DNA from: Leucoraja ocellata
Taxonomy: Eukaryota
DNA length: 64,000 nt
Direction of reading: 5' to 3'
Assembly: GCA_036785375.1 (NCBI GenBank)
Contig: JAWMAR010002535.1
Location: 62,001 to 126,000 of the forward strand
This document shows positions 45,106-59,100 of the stretch, piece by piece. The translations under genes and the position numbers were made by a program. Below the pieces are notes generated by a model. It was given only the letters and a program-made list of their open reading frames with translations. It did not search any database and was not told where the DNA came from. Position 1 is the first letter of the stretch, and every line of letters starts with the position of its first letter.

Positions 45106-47386
45106 AGCCAACAATGGACCATTGTGGGCTCCACCATTCATTGGCCATCGTTGCCGTCTTGATCTGTCTTTTTTCATATCTTTCATTATTTTTTCCTATG
45201 TACCTTTTCAACTCTCGGTTCCCTCTCCCGACACTATCTGAAGAAGGGTCTTGACCTGAAATGTCACCTATTTCTTTTCTCCAGAGATGCTGCCTCACCC
45301 GCTGTGCGTCTATCTTCTGTGGAATATAATGGCGGCCCAGGAAATTGTGCTGTAGATCAAGAAAAGCTGACCTGCAACAGCTCGAATCATAATGCAAGTT
45401 CCATCCAAATGCAAAAACAGAATGAATCAATGTTATTTGCATTTTCCCACCTGGCAACGATATACATTACACATGCATTTGTGAAGGGTTCTGCTTGTTA
45501 ATTTCTGAAGTGATCTTGCAATGCAGTTCAGAAAGAAGCCTAAACGTTCCTCAAGATAGTCGTGTCAATTCCACACGTTACCTCTGTCCGCAGCCAGCAG
45601 ATTCATGCTGGTAATGTGATATTATTTACAGGGTCCAATCCTGACCTCTGCTGCTGCCCCTACATTCACACTTTATTTCAAATGGCTGAATGTTAAACAC
45701 AAAAGTAAATGAATTATTTCTGTCCCCCCACTCGTCACAGCATTGAGCATGGATATCAAATAGAAACATAGAAACATAGAAATTAGGTGCAGGAGTAGGC
45801 CATTCGGCCCTTCGAGCCTGCACCGCCATTCAATATGATCATGGCTGATCATCCAACTCAGTATCCCGTACCTGCCTTCTCTCCATACCCCCTGATCCCC
45901 TTAGCCACAAATAGAGATTAAGATGGTTGGTATCGGCAATTCATTTGGTGATTTTATATTTCCCTTAACTTGAGCAGCAGCCCATCAGTGCTGATTCTGT
46001 GAGCAGGAATGATGGAGAGCTCTGGCAGATTCCCACATCATACACCAAGGTAATGGCCTGTCATGCTGGGGGGAGATGTGCACACGGGTACACATGACAA
46101 TGATCGACTCTGGCAGTCCCCAACATTGAGGCCAGCTCCTCCATTGGAAAATAGCATCAAATGAAATATGGGCGAGGAAACCATTTCTTGACTACCACTA
46201 ATACTCCCTGTTGATGGTTGCTTGGAAGTATAGAGCCAGGGGTCAGAATGCAACGTGCTGGAGGTTTTCCGTTTCTCATTGACAAATACAGAGTGGAGGT
46301 GCTGGTTGAACCTCAGCCTCAGCACCAGAGACCCAGGTTGTTGTTTGTGCCAAGTTTCCTCTGGTTTCCACGCACATTCCAAAAAATATGAGTTTGCGGG
46401 TGAATTAGCTCTAAATTGCCCCTAGTGTGCAGGTAAGCTAACCAACATGAAGTGTAAATCAACTTGTTTGTACTGCCGATTCAGCTTCAGAAAACCAAAT
46501 TTAATCCCAGTGTTAACTTGCTCTTGCTGATTGTCTAGGTCTCCCCCAGATACCAACATTTTGTAACTGGGATTAATTAGCTCCTGTCAATTGCCCGACT
46601 GCAGGTGGGTGGAGGAGGATGCAATGTCACTCACTGGGGATACACGGGGGTGGGGGGGGAGGGGGTGAAGGAACATTAACATAGGAGAAGTGTAGTTGAG
46701 TATGTGATGGTCTGTGTGGATGTGATGGGCTGAAGGGCTGTTTCTACACTGCCTTTTATTGAGTCTAATAGCGCAGACGTACACCACAGCCTAAGATAAA
46801 CCATGCATCAACTGGAGCCAAGAAATCCCATAGGCATCCAGTCAGATGAAAGCAGAGATCTTCCCACAACCAGTCATGGTGGGAAAATTAAAAAGCTTGA
46901 GTAAGGAAGTAGCACTAAGATTATTCCATCCTAAAGCATAGGCTAAAGAAGCATTTCCAACCAGATATAGATGTAGCCTCCTTGGTTCCCTTCTGTGATA
47001 TCCATCATCACTGAACTTAATTTTCAGCCAATGCAACATGCTCAGTAAGACCTGGAACAGTGGATGGAGAACATGCTATGGGGGGCAGTTTTATACTCCT
47101 GGCTTCATACTCAAGAACTAGCCGAGTATAAGAACAGCTGTTCTATTACAGCTCCAACACTGGCACCTACCTGACAGAAAACTGTCCAGCTTTATCCTGT
47201 TATCTGGTAAAAGGTAAAGGCCACCTGATTTAATATCACCCTCATCCCTCTCATCTGTATTGGTTAAGTGTCAGACATGGCATTTCCTTGCCAATGATCT
47301 GCTCATTAATGCTGTTTACATTGCACCAACCCGTCTTCACTCCAGCCCTCAAGGCCACAATGCAACTTTGCTTACGTCTCAAATTC

Positions 47387-47495
47387 CAGAGAGGAAGTGA
47401 GGTATTTGCCCAGAGTGCAGCATCTGGGTGCCCTGGTAAACAGAGAGGAAGTGAGGTATTTGCCCAGAGTGCAGCATCTGGGTGCCCTGATAAAC
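47387..47495. repeat. 54-bp tandem duplication
   Basis: cagagaggaagtgaggtatttgcccagagtgcagcatctgggtgccctgRtaaa x2, one mismatch. Confidence 0.95.
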
Positions 47496-48173
47496 TGACG
47501 TTGGATGGTCAAGCAGCAGAATGTATTCCAATACCTCACACAAAGGAAGGCAGTGATGAGTGTGGGAGGTCAGGCAGCCGACTCGAGAAAGGACATCATT
47601 GGAAGAACTCCTCTGGGACAAGTTTCCTTGTCTCACTCCTCACCTGCTGATTCATCAATGATCTTCCATCCATCATAATCAATACACAATTGGTGTTGTG
47701 CAAGTCATTAATCCCTTTGCCTCAATAAAAGGCAGTGCCTTTCAATTGTACAAGGCAACTGGTTGTATAATCAAATACTCTCCTAACCTGGATGAGTGCA
47801 ACCTGGCTGAAGCAGCATGTTTGGATCACCCCCTTAACTACCACCCTAAATGTTCCTTCCTCGTGCCCGTGCAGTGACTGCAGTGCATCAATCACAACAG
47901 CTTTCCTTCTGGCCATACTGCACAGAAACGGGCCCTTCAGGTTGTATGCACCAACCAAGATGCCCCATCTAAAATAATCTAATTTACTCCCTATCACTCT
48001 AAACCTTACCAAAGGCAATATTTCCAGACTGACCTCTGAACTGAGAGATATTTTAGGAACCATAAATGCAGAATATTTATGCAAATTAAAAAGACTCAGT
48101 AGAAATGTTGAGCCCATCTGCTGTTCAACACACAAGAGCCAGAGGCCATGAGTGGCAGTGTCATGGCTAGAAC

Positions 48174-48286
48174 GTGGTCCGCCCTGTTTCGACAAATGCA
48201 ATCAACCCGGCGTGCACATTCAAATACGATCAAATAGAACAAGTTGTCCTACAACTTTAGGCTGTGCACACCATACGCAAGAAGAA
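48174..48286 (+). mobile_element. Short 5'-truncated retroinsertion with (GAA)n tail (RTE-like)
   Basis: 9-bp TSD GGCTAGAAC at 48165-48173 and 48287-48295. Confidence 0.7.
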
Positions 48287-48759
48287 GGCTAGAACATGAA
48301 GGGGCTTTCTTTGTATACACATTATCCTCAAGTGTATGCAGTATGTACATATTATGGGGGCCAGACCCTCTCTCCGTTACTCATGAAACTGCTCAAAATT
48401 GCTCCAATTCACCAATCTTACATTTGGCAAACTGGAGCTGCTGGATCACACCACAATGTTGGAAGTAGAAAATAACTAAATTCCAGACTCAAATGTCGAG
48501 TCACCAGATGAGCAAAATAGATAAAGATGACATCTGTCCTGCAATTGCAGCATCTATCCAAACTGCCTGCATCGGGCATGATGCAAGAATTTTATCTTTC
48601 AGTTTATTATTAGAATAATAAAACATACTTTAACCAATCACTGATAAGAAAGCACTAAAGCAACCCAAGATTCCCATTTGTATCTGTTCAGGCACTGGTG
48701 GGGCAAACAAAACATTAACTAGTAAATGAATATTTCTTGTCACCGTCTGGTAGAATATA

Positions 48760-49040
48760 AACAGCATGGAAACAAGATCTTTTGTCCAGCAAGTCTACAT
48801 TGACCAGCGATCACCTCATACACTATCCTACACACTAGGGAAAAATGGGGCAACTTTTACCAAAGCCAATTAACCTACAAACCTGTACATGGAGGACACC
48901 AGAGCATCCGGAAAAACCCACAGTCAAGATTCAATTTAATTGTCACATGTACCAATTAAGGTACAGTGAAATTTGAGTCAAAGGCAGAACGTACAAACTC
49001 CGTACAGGTAGCATCCGTACTCGGGATCAAATACGGGTCT
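48760..49040 (-). mobile_element. HE1-type V-SINE with a nested ~50-bp retro-tail insertion
   Basis: Consensus match; AGTCA duplicated at 48922-48926 and 48976-48980. Confidence 0.75.
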
Positions 49041-49267
49041 CTGGCGCTACTGTGCTGCCCTTAATCTGATTATATCGACTTTTGCATACAAAAACCTGGG
49101 ACTGTTACAAGAAGATAAAATCCAGGCACTGGGGTGTTAAAAACTGGCACGCAAGTTGCACAAACGGCCTTGCTTTGAACCTGTTGTATTAATTACCTCT
49201 ATTTTTCTACAGATTCTGTGTTCATCTATCCTTTGCACTTGTTACCAGCCGCATATTCTACATAACT

Positions 49268-49273
49268 TTTATT
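49268..49273 (-). terminator. Candidate MCMBP polyadenylation signal AATAAA (alternatives at 50028-50033 and 48603-48608)
   Basis: TTTATT on + within an AT-rich, repeat-free region downstream of the stop. Confidence 0.35.
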
Positions 49274-50051
49274 AGCCCATTGGTCCTGTCAGGATTTCAC
49301 AAGTAATAAGTCAAATCACAGGCAAATAATTTCAACAAGTCTTTAAAAATTGATTTTGAAAACAGATGCAAAAATATTGTTAGAATTTGAAGGCAGCATG
49401 TATTCAATTGTAAATACCCAGTTAAGGCTGATCAAATAATTAAAAAAGGGAACAAAATGGACAGCCTTAATGTTAGAAGTTAACCCATCGATGAAACAGT
49501 TATCTTACCCAAAGCTATGATGTGTGAAGTAACCTATTCACTAGCGACTCCAGCATAAGTTTACAGGTTAAATCTGGATGCGGAAATATCAAGAGGTTCA
49601 CCCCAACCTATGATTAGGCTAATTATAAAAAAGGGAAACAAAAGTAACTAACAGTTGAAATCTTGTTTCATTTTTTTTAAGGCAATTTCTTTCAAACAAG
49701 TACAATGTTATGCAGTTTACAAAATTACAAAAATAGCCTGTATTTGAGAAACCGTGGTAATAGAGGAATGTTGAAGACATTTTCACAAATGAATGTACTC
49801 AAGTAAATGGCAGAGACTTCAATACAAGCAACAAAGACATCTTGAATTAAATCCGTCAGAATTCAGAGTTAAGAAATTTATGTAAGAAAATTTGATACAA
49901 ATGTTCTACAAAAAGAAAACAATGATTTTTCCTCAATTGTAAAGGTTTGGCAGGTGAGGTGGGCTGAGAAGGAATGTTAGCTCTGTAAATTTACATGAAG
50001 CCCACTGGCACGCAAGTTCTGTTGCATTTTATTGAAGTCCAGGGTCTGGCA

Positions 50052-50178
50052 TTAAGGTTCATTGCCGTTTACATGCGTTTTGTGTTGTATTCTACTTCTG
50101 CGAAGAACCTCCAACTGCTTTGCTTGCTGCCATCTCTCACGTGACAAGGTTCTGTGGCCAGCGCTCAGTGATATCAAC
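50052..50178 (-). CDS. MCMBP: MCMBP terminal exon 16 (coding part)
   Basis: gaacag|G TTG ATA...CCT TAA; [41 protein letters not shown]. Confidence 0.94.
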
Positions 50179-53100
50179 CTGTTCATCAACAAATTCAAGA
50201 GTTACTTTTAAAATTTGAGAGTTAGTCAAGAACCACATTTGACAGGCTGAAATACTTCTATGCCTTGCAAAAGCATGCCCTGCAGTGCAGGGCGGCACAG
50301 TGGCGCAACGGCAGAGTTGCTGCTTTACAGCTCCAGATACCCAGGTTCAATCCCGACGACGGGCACTGTCTGTAGTTTGTATGCTCTCCCATGGGTTTTC
50401 TCCGAGATCTTTGTTTTCCCCACAAACCAAAGACGTACAGGTTTGTAGGTTTATTGGCTTGGTGAATGTAAAAATTGTCCCGTGTGTGTAAGATAGTGTT
50501 AATATGCAGGGATCGTTGGTCAGCGAGGACCCGGTGGGCCGAAGGGCCTGTTTCCGCAGCGTATGTCTAAACTAAACTAGGTTTGTGCTAACTCCAATCA
50601 CATTCTCTCCCTTCTTGATTAGAGCCTTAGGTCATACAGCACAGAAACAGGCCGTTCGGCCCAACTCGTCCATGCTGACCAAGCAACTCCCATTTTCATA
50701 TGTTTGGCTCATAGTACTGCCGTGGTAGAGCTGCTTCCTCACAGCACGAGAGACCTAGTTTCAATCCCAACCTCCGGCACTGCCTGTGCGGAGTTTGCAC
50801 GTTCTCCCTGAGACCACATGGGGTTTTTTCCAATGCTCCGGTTTCCTCCCACATTCCAAAGACCTGCAGGTTTGTAAATTAATTGGCTTCTGTACTTTAA
50901 TTGGGATAACATAGAACTAGTGTGTGTGTGATCAATGGTAGGCTTTGACTTGGTGGGATGTTTCCATGCTGTATCTAAACGTTTCCTATCCATGCACCTG
51001 TCCAAGTGCCTTTCAAATACTGCTATAATGCCTGCTTCATATCAATCCCTGTACTCTACAACCAAAATGGCATGAACATTTCTCCTTGCTCAGGTAACCA
51101 GCACTCAATGTTCCTTTCTGTCTCCTTCTGACCCACCGAGGTTCTCCAACCGACCTTTCCCCAACTCAACGTAGTACTTCCATCACCCACTTTCCCTCCC
51201 CTTCTCCATCTTGGCCCATCTGCTCATCATCTCCATTTATCACCTTCCTGATTAATCACATCTGTGGCACTTTGTTGTCTCCGCTTATTACATTGAGGCT
51301 TTGGACTCCACCAACCCTCCACTCACCCATCATCCCGCTCCTCACCAGATACTGCCTCCTCCTGCTTCACTCACCACTGGCACTTTCCCCTCAACACATT
51401 CAGACCCGATGCAAAGTCTCGACCCTGAAATGTCGACCTGTTCGGCATCAACAGATGCTGCCTGACCCACTGAGCTTCTCCAGCAGTTTAAGAGTATTAT
51501 CGTCAGGATATTTGCCAGTAGATGGTTCTGCTATTTTTCTACCACCTTGACCGAGACGCCATTTTAACAATACCTGCTTAGAGATCAAGGCCCAAACGCA
51601 AACTACACGGACACATTTCCATTCATGACTACACAGGCCAGAGGAAGTCTTTGATTGCTTACTTATATGCTCACAAATAGCCTTAGTCACAAAGTAGAAA
51701 GAAGAAACTGCAGATGCTGGTTTACAAAAGACCAAGTGCTGGAGTAACTCAGCAGGTCAGGCAGCATCTCTGGACGACAGGGATAGGCAATTTTGGGTCA
51801 GGACCCTTTTTCAGACACAGTCTGAAGAAAGGCACTGACCCAAAACATCACCTATCCATATTCTCGCGATCCATGTTCTTGGCATTGAACATTGTGCCGA
51901 GAACAAACACACGGTGCTGGGGTAATTCAGTGGGAGCATCTCTGGCAGCATCTCACAAGAACATGGATAGGTGATGTTTTGGGTCAGGACACTCTTCAGA
52001 CTGTGTCTGAAAAAGGGTCCTGACCTGAAGTTGCCTACCCCTGTCCTCCAGAGATGCTGCCAGACCCGCTGAATTACCCCAGCACTGTGCGTTTGTTCTC
52101 GGCACAATGTTCAGTTTCAGATCTCTCAGAATGTTCAACACTGAGCTCATTCTCAATCCAGTATCACGAGTAACCTGCCACTAACTCAGGCAGGTGGTCA
52201 GAAAAAAAGTTAAAAATACAGCAGCAGGTTTAATTTGAACTGCTCAAACCAAGTTAACAGACAACATTACCATCCTTACATTCTCCAAACATCCTCGACT
52301 CTACCATCAATCTACTCTTAACATCTTAACTGTTGACCGGGCACTTTACACCCTCTCTGATCTCCATCTCGTTCAAATTGCTTTCTCTTCTTCAAGAATG
52401 GGGTAGACTCAGTCCCATCCTCAAATAGCCTGAGTTTAATCTTGTCCACTCCTTTGCACTGCAGCCCCACAGACTGAACTTCAGAAAGGAACAGGTCGAG
52501 CTCTTGTGGCCATGATCAGAAACTCAGCCCCTTTACAGATGGGAAAATGTATTTTTCCTAAATAATAAAAGTTTAAAAAATCAGCTCCACAGGACAATGT
52601 CCTTTATTCATGATCCCTACAAGATGCAAAGCTGATAGATCCATTTGTTCATTTACAGCATCAATTCATAAAACAATATCCACTAACGTGCAAAGGTGAA
52701 TTGAAATGTTGAAGGAATAAAATGATTAGCCATGTGATAAATCTGTCATAAAACGTCTGTGATAATCCACAGAAACAACAAGCCATTGCATTGGCCATCC
52801 ACACAGCCTACCTCGCCACAACAAGCAACTGATGGAGATCCTCTGCCGTGATGCTCTGAGGATCACTCTTTCTCATCTCCACAAAGTCTTCCTCCACTGC
52901 CTGGAATTGAGATAATTAACATCCGAATCACAAGTTATTCATTTCAGAGCCTGTGAAATAGCCCATTCTGAGAAAATAAAATACCTTGGTCACTTCATCA
53001 GAGATGCTGTAGTCCATCAGCCTGAGCAAACTCAGGTACATGCGGAATTTCCTCAGCATTGAAGGCAACACAGCCATCAGTAAATTCGTCATGTATTGTT

Positions 53101-56100
53101 CCACATTGGCAGGAACCATCTGAGCTTGGAGGTGGACTTGGCAGTCAGACTGCAAGAGAGATAAATAGTGCGCCTCAGCAGAGATCACAGGAGAGCCACG
53201 GAATGGAACGTCAAAGGAAGAACAAGCTGGGATGTCACCCAAGAATGGCCTTACGGCAACTTCACAACTCAATGTGATCTAGCGATGTTGGTGCATCCAG
53301 TATATATTAACAAATAAAAGTGGAGCTCAAGTCATTTATGATGGAACAGGATATTTGTAACCTACACGTTAAGCCTCCAGATCTAGTTGCTCAATTACAA
53401 TATCAATTCTAAATATACTAAAAGTAACCACTCAAACATTTTCATGGAGCAGTTGGCAGAACAATTTGCATCTTCATTTACATCTCATTATCGAGAGGCA
53501 GGTGTACATACATACACGTGCGAGAATGACAACCAAAATCCAAGATCCCACCCACACCAAGCCCTTCTGACAGCACACGGGCTATCATTTGTTCCCTGGT
53601 GAATTAAACCGGTCCACACACTTTTCAAATGTTGTCACAATACTGCCTCCACCACCCATTCAGGCCGTACACTCAAATTGTAACCACCCTCTGAGTGAAG
53701 GTTTTCTTCCTCACTTCCGCTGGAATTCACCAACTCCTCACTTCATATCTATGCCCCATGGTTTGGAATATTTATCATGGAAAGTTTCCTCAATATCCAC
53801 ACCACCCGAGTCCTGTATAATTTTGTACACCTTTACTAGCTCCCTCCAGACCCCTCCTTTTGAAAAAAGCTTCCTATTACGATTCTCTCCTGACAATAGA
53901 AGTGTTCCTTTCCCAGCAACATCCCAGTAAATCTTCTCTGCGTTCTTTCCAATGCAAACAAGTTTTTATAATGTGTGTGCAGTTTGCGGTCACCATGGTA
54001 CTCCAACTGCAGTCTAACCGGAGTTTTGTAATCTGGTACCATGACTCTCCCCATGCTCTTATGTTTGTTGCCCTGGTTTATCTGCCTGTGCTGCCACCGT
54101 TAGGCATCTATGGACCTCTAACACCAACATCCCACTGTTCCTCAATAATCCCTGGTGCCCGACCATTCACAATGGATGTCCTCCCATTGTTAAACCTCCC
54201 AAAATGCATTTTCTCACTTTTCCTTAGGGTTATATTTTATTTCCCTTTGCTCTAGCAAATTTACCAACTGTTCAAGAAAGAACTGCAGATGCTGGAAAAA
54301 TCAAAGGTAGACAAAAATGCTGGAGAAATGCGGGTGAGGCAGCATCTACGGAGGAAGGAATAGGTGACGTTTCGGGTCGAGACCCTTCTGATGTGGAGGT
54401 GGGGGGGGGGGGCGGGAAGAAGAAAGGAATAGGCGGAGACAGTAGGCTGTGGGAGAGCTGGGAAGGGGAGAGGAAGGAGGGAGAAAGCAAGGGCTAACTG
54501 AAATTGGAGTAGTCAATGTTCATACCGCTGGGGTGTAAACTGCCCAATGAGGTGCTGCTCCTCCAATTTGCAGTGGGACTCACTCTAGCCATGGAGGAGT
54601 CCCAGGCCAGAAAGGTCGGAATCGGAATGGGAGGTGAAGCTGGGCTACCGGGAGATCAGGTTGGTTAGTGCGAACCGAGCAGAGGTGTTGGGCAAAGTGA
54701 TCGTCAAGCCTACGCTTGGTCTCACCGATGTAGAGCAGCCGATACCAAGAACAGCGGATGCAATAGATGAGGTTGGAGGAAGTGCAGGTGAACCTCTGCC
54801 TCACCTGGAAAGACTGCTTGGGTCCTTGGATGGAGTTATACCTCCCCCCTTGACTCCATCCAAGGACCCAAGCACCCCTCCCCTTCCCAGCTCTCCCACA
54901 GCCCACTGTCTCCGCCTCTTCCTTTCTTCTTCCTGCCCCCCCCCCCCCCACCACCTCCACATCAGTCTGAAGAAGGGTCTCGACCCGAAACGTCACCAAT
55001 TCCTTCGCTCCATAGATGCTGCCTCATCCGCAGAGTTTCTCCAGAATTTTTGTTTACCAACTGTTCAATATCATTATATAGCCCAAGACTGTCCCCATCA
55101 CTGTTAACAATACCACCAAACATGCTTATTGTATATTGACCACTGGCTTCCGACCACAGGAACAATTCTCCACCATCATCCAGGTATCTTATTACCAATC
55201 CACTTTTGGATCCAATTTGCCGACTTCTCTTTAAACACATTGTCTTGGACCAGCTTTCCTTGTGAGACATAGAAACATAGAAAATAGGTGCAGGAGTAGG
55301 CCATTCGGCCCTTCGAGCCCGCACCGCCACTCAATATGATCATGGCTGATCATCCAACTACCTGCCTTCTCTCCATACCCCCTGATCCCTTTAGCCACAA
55401 GGGCCACATCTAACTCCCTCTTAAATATAACCAATGAACTGGCCTCAACTACCTTCTGCGGCAGAGAATTCCAGAGATTCACCACTCTCTGTGTGAAAAA
55501 AGTTTTCCTCATCTCGGTCCTAAGAGATTTCCCCCTTATCCTTAAACTGTGACCCCTTGTTCTGGACTTCCCCAACATCGGGAACAATCTTCCTGCATCT
55601 AGCCTGTCCAACCCCTTAAGAATTTTGTAAGTTTCTATAAGATCCCCCCTCAATCTTCTAAATTCTAGCGAGTACAAACTGAGTCTATCCAGTCTTTCTT
55701 CATATGAAAGTCCTGACATCCCAGGAGTCTGGTGAACCTTCTCTGTACTCCCTCTATGGCAAGAATGTCATTCCTCAGATTAGGAGACCAAAACTGTATG
55801 CAATACTGCAGGTGTGGTCTCACCAAGACCCTGCACAACTGCAGTAGAACCTCCCTGCTCCTATACTCAAATCCTTTTGCTATGAATGCTAACATACCAT
55901 TCGCCTTCTTCACTGCCTGCTGCACCTGCATGCCTACTTTTAATGACTGGTGTACCATGACACCCAGGTCTCGTTGCATCTCCCCCTTTCCTAATCGGCC
56001 ACCATTCAGATAAAAGTCTACTTTCCTGTTTTTGCCACCAAAGTGGATAACCTCACATTTATCCACATTATACTGCATCTGCCATGCATTTGCCCACTCA

Positions 56101-59100
56101 CCCAGCCTATCCAAGTCACATTGCAGCCTCCTAGCATCCTCGTCACAGCTAACACTGCCCCCGTGCTCCGTGTCATCCGCAAACTTGGAGATGTTGCATT
56201 CAATTCCCTCGTCCAAATCATTAATATATATCATAAATAGTTGGGGTCCCAGAACTGAGCCTTGCAGTACTCCACTGCCTGCCATTGTGAAAAGGACCCG
56301 TTTACTCCTACTCTTTGCTTCCTCTCTGCCAGCCAGTTCTCTATCCACATCAATACTGAACCCCCAATACCGTGTGCTTTAAGTTTGTATACTAATCTCT
56401 TATGTGGGACCTTGTCGAAAGCCTTCTGAAAGCCTTGGCAAAGGCTTTATTGAAGCCCATGTAGTCTAGATTCATTGTATTGCATTAAAAAATATTGGGC
56501 AGTATGGTCGATAGGGTCTGGACGACTGTGTTTTTTTACATTAGTATTGAACCATTACAGTTCTGGCATTGGGCCATTCACTGGAAAGTGTTTTATAGCC
56601 ACATTGCATACATTATTTAAGGCAAAAGCCAAAATACACGAATCACTCCGTACACATTGTATTGTGAGTGGATAAATCCGAACAGTGCACGTACCGGTAA
56701 GAGAGATCTTCCTTCAGAAGTGATGAGTACATTAATATTGCAAGGGAATTCCATCCGGTGGTAGTTGAAGTCATAGTCTACCTTCTGCCAAGTAATCAAA
56801 TTACCCAGGGCCGTCACATTTCGAACTCCTGTGAAAGATTGGCCATTAACAATGATTAAGGTTGATACAAATACAATTTCTTTCAATAAAATGGCGAGAC
56901 AGAAATTATAGGAGTCGAGTGGTGGTGAAATAAAAACACACGTTTTAATTTGTAAGGCTACTGCAAATCACAGATGAAACTTAATTCCATCAGTGTGGGT
57001 ACAGGTCCACCACCGATTTCCCGGCAACCCTTGGTTCCTTTCTGGATTATCCGTTTTGCTGGACCAACAGAGGTCACGGCTTCCGAGAGGAGTCCAACGG
57101 TACCGGAACGGTCGCCCTAGGTTACCAAGGGGCTGAGATACCAGCCCGCAATGTCCGCCTCTGAACTCGGCTACGAGGACGGATCTGCCGGCTCCGGCTG
57201 GGTCGGAGTTCCAGAGTTCCGGCTACAGGGGACAAATTCCACCCGCCGATTGGCGCAGAAGTCAAGTTCCACCGCCTCACCCGGCAAGACGCCACATTTT
57301 CAGCCGGGGATTTCAAGTGCACTCTCGTAACTTTGTCCGGATTAAAGGAGGTGCTGGAAAAATCGGTGGTGGAACTGAATCAATATTTGCAAGCTGCACC
57401 CTCACTGCCTAACAGTTATCTTCATGCCTACCATGTTGCCTTACCCAAAACCAGGGCCCAAAAGGGAACGATTCAAAAGCTGGCTTGGATTAATTGACAA
57501 TTGCACAGAATTGATTTGTCAGGCAGCAAAGTTACCAACCCTGTTAAACAGTTTAGAGATATAGTGGGGAAACAGGCCCTTCGAGTCCATGTTGACCAAC
57601 GATGACCAGTACACTAGGGACAATTTACTGAAGCCAATTATTCTACAATGTTGGACGAGTCCAGAACCAGGGGCCACAGTATTGGAATAAAGGGGAGGCC
57701 ATTTAAGACTGAGGTGAGAAAAAACGTTTTCACCCAGAGAGTTGTGAATTTGTGGAATTCCCTGGCACAGAGGGCAGTGGAGGCCAAATCACTGGATGGA
57801 TTTAAGAGAGAGTTAGATAGAGCTCTAGGGGCTAGTGGAATCAAGGGATATAGAGAGAAGGCAGGCACGGGTTATTAATTGGGGATCAGCCATGAATGGC
57901 GGTGCTGGTTCGAAGGGCCAAATGGCCTCCTCCTGCACCAATTTTCTATGTTACAAACCCGTACGTCTATGGAGTGTGGGAGGAAACCCACTCGGTCACA
58001 GGGGGAACGTACAAACTCCGTAAAGTCAACAACCGTAGTCAGGATCAAACCCGGGTCTGGCGCTTCAGGGCAGCAACTCTACCGCTGCGCTGCTGTGCAG
58101 CCCTTTATATACACACGAGCTGTATTTGAACAAGACCACCCAATGAAGATGAAATAATGTTGTTCAACAGCAGCCAAGGAGATATTTGCTTTATATGTAA
58201 AGTTCAGTTCTGACCTGTACTATCCAGTTGCCCTTGATCCAGTAAGGTCTCGTCTAACATGAGTGAAGTGTTGCTGGCCAGTTGCAGTACTCCGGTGACA
58301 AGGCGATTGGCTGTGTAGTCTTTGTGTGGGATGAATCGGAGCGTGTTCATGTTGTGGAGTGTCATGGGCAGACAGTAGGACTATTCAAAGCAAAAAAAAA
58401 AAAAGTGAATTTTCAACATAATTCTAAGCCCCAGGTTGGCAAACTAGGTTTTGTTTATTCATCATGTTTCTTCGTTTATTTTGTCATGTGTACCGAGGTA
58501 CAGTGAAGAACTTTTGTCAGTCTAAAGTCAGTTCCTTAATGCGTTCCTTAAGGGGCGGCAGCTGAACACATTCACAGCAGGTGTAATCCTGCAGTAAGTG
58601 TGCATGGAATGATCACATTCCCAATTTGGCATAATTTTAAGCACTTACTGACGGAACTAGTTGTTGAATGGTCTTGTGCAGCTGTTTTGTGTAACCATTA
58701 TTCCTGGGGCAGCCACTCAGGTTGACTGTAAATTTACCCAATGGAAGAATGTCACGTCGAGAGTACCTGCAACACACATTAAAATGGGTTTGTCAGCATC
58801 ATACCTACTTCAGTTTAGGTTAGAGACACATCAGGCCCTTTGGCAAGCAGCGTCCATGGCAACCATCGCTCAACTGTAAGCTGGTTCTATGCTATCCCAT
58901 CCTACACGCCCAGGGGCAATTTACAGAAGCCAATTAACCTACAAACCTGTATGTCTTTGGTATGTGGGAGGAAACCCAAGCACCCGGAGAAAACCCACGC
59001 GGGCACAGGGAAGAACGTACAAACTCCGCACAGAGCAGCACCCATAGTCAAGATCTAACCTGTGTTTTGTTTTCTTTATTGTCACGTGTACCGAGGTTTA

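Noticed and set aside
55231-56348. 227-aa and 162-aa ORFs as a possible nested gene
   Set aside because: Frameshifted, 5'-truncated CR1 reverse transcriptase
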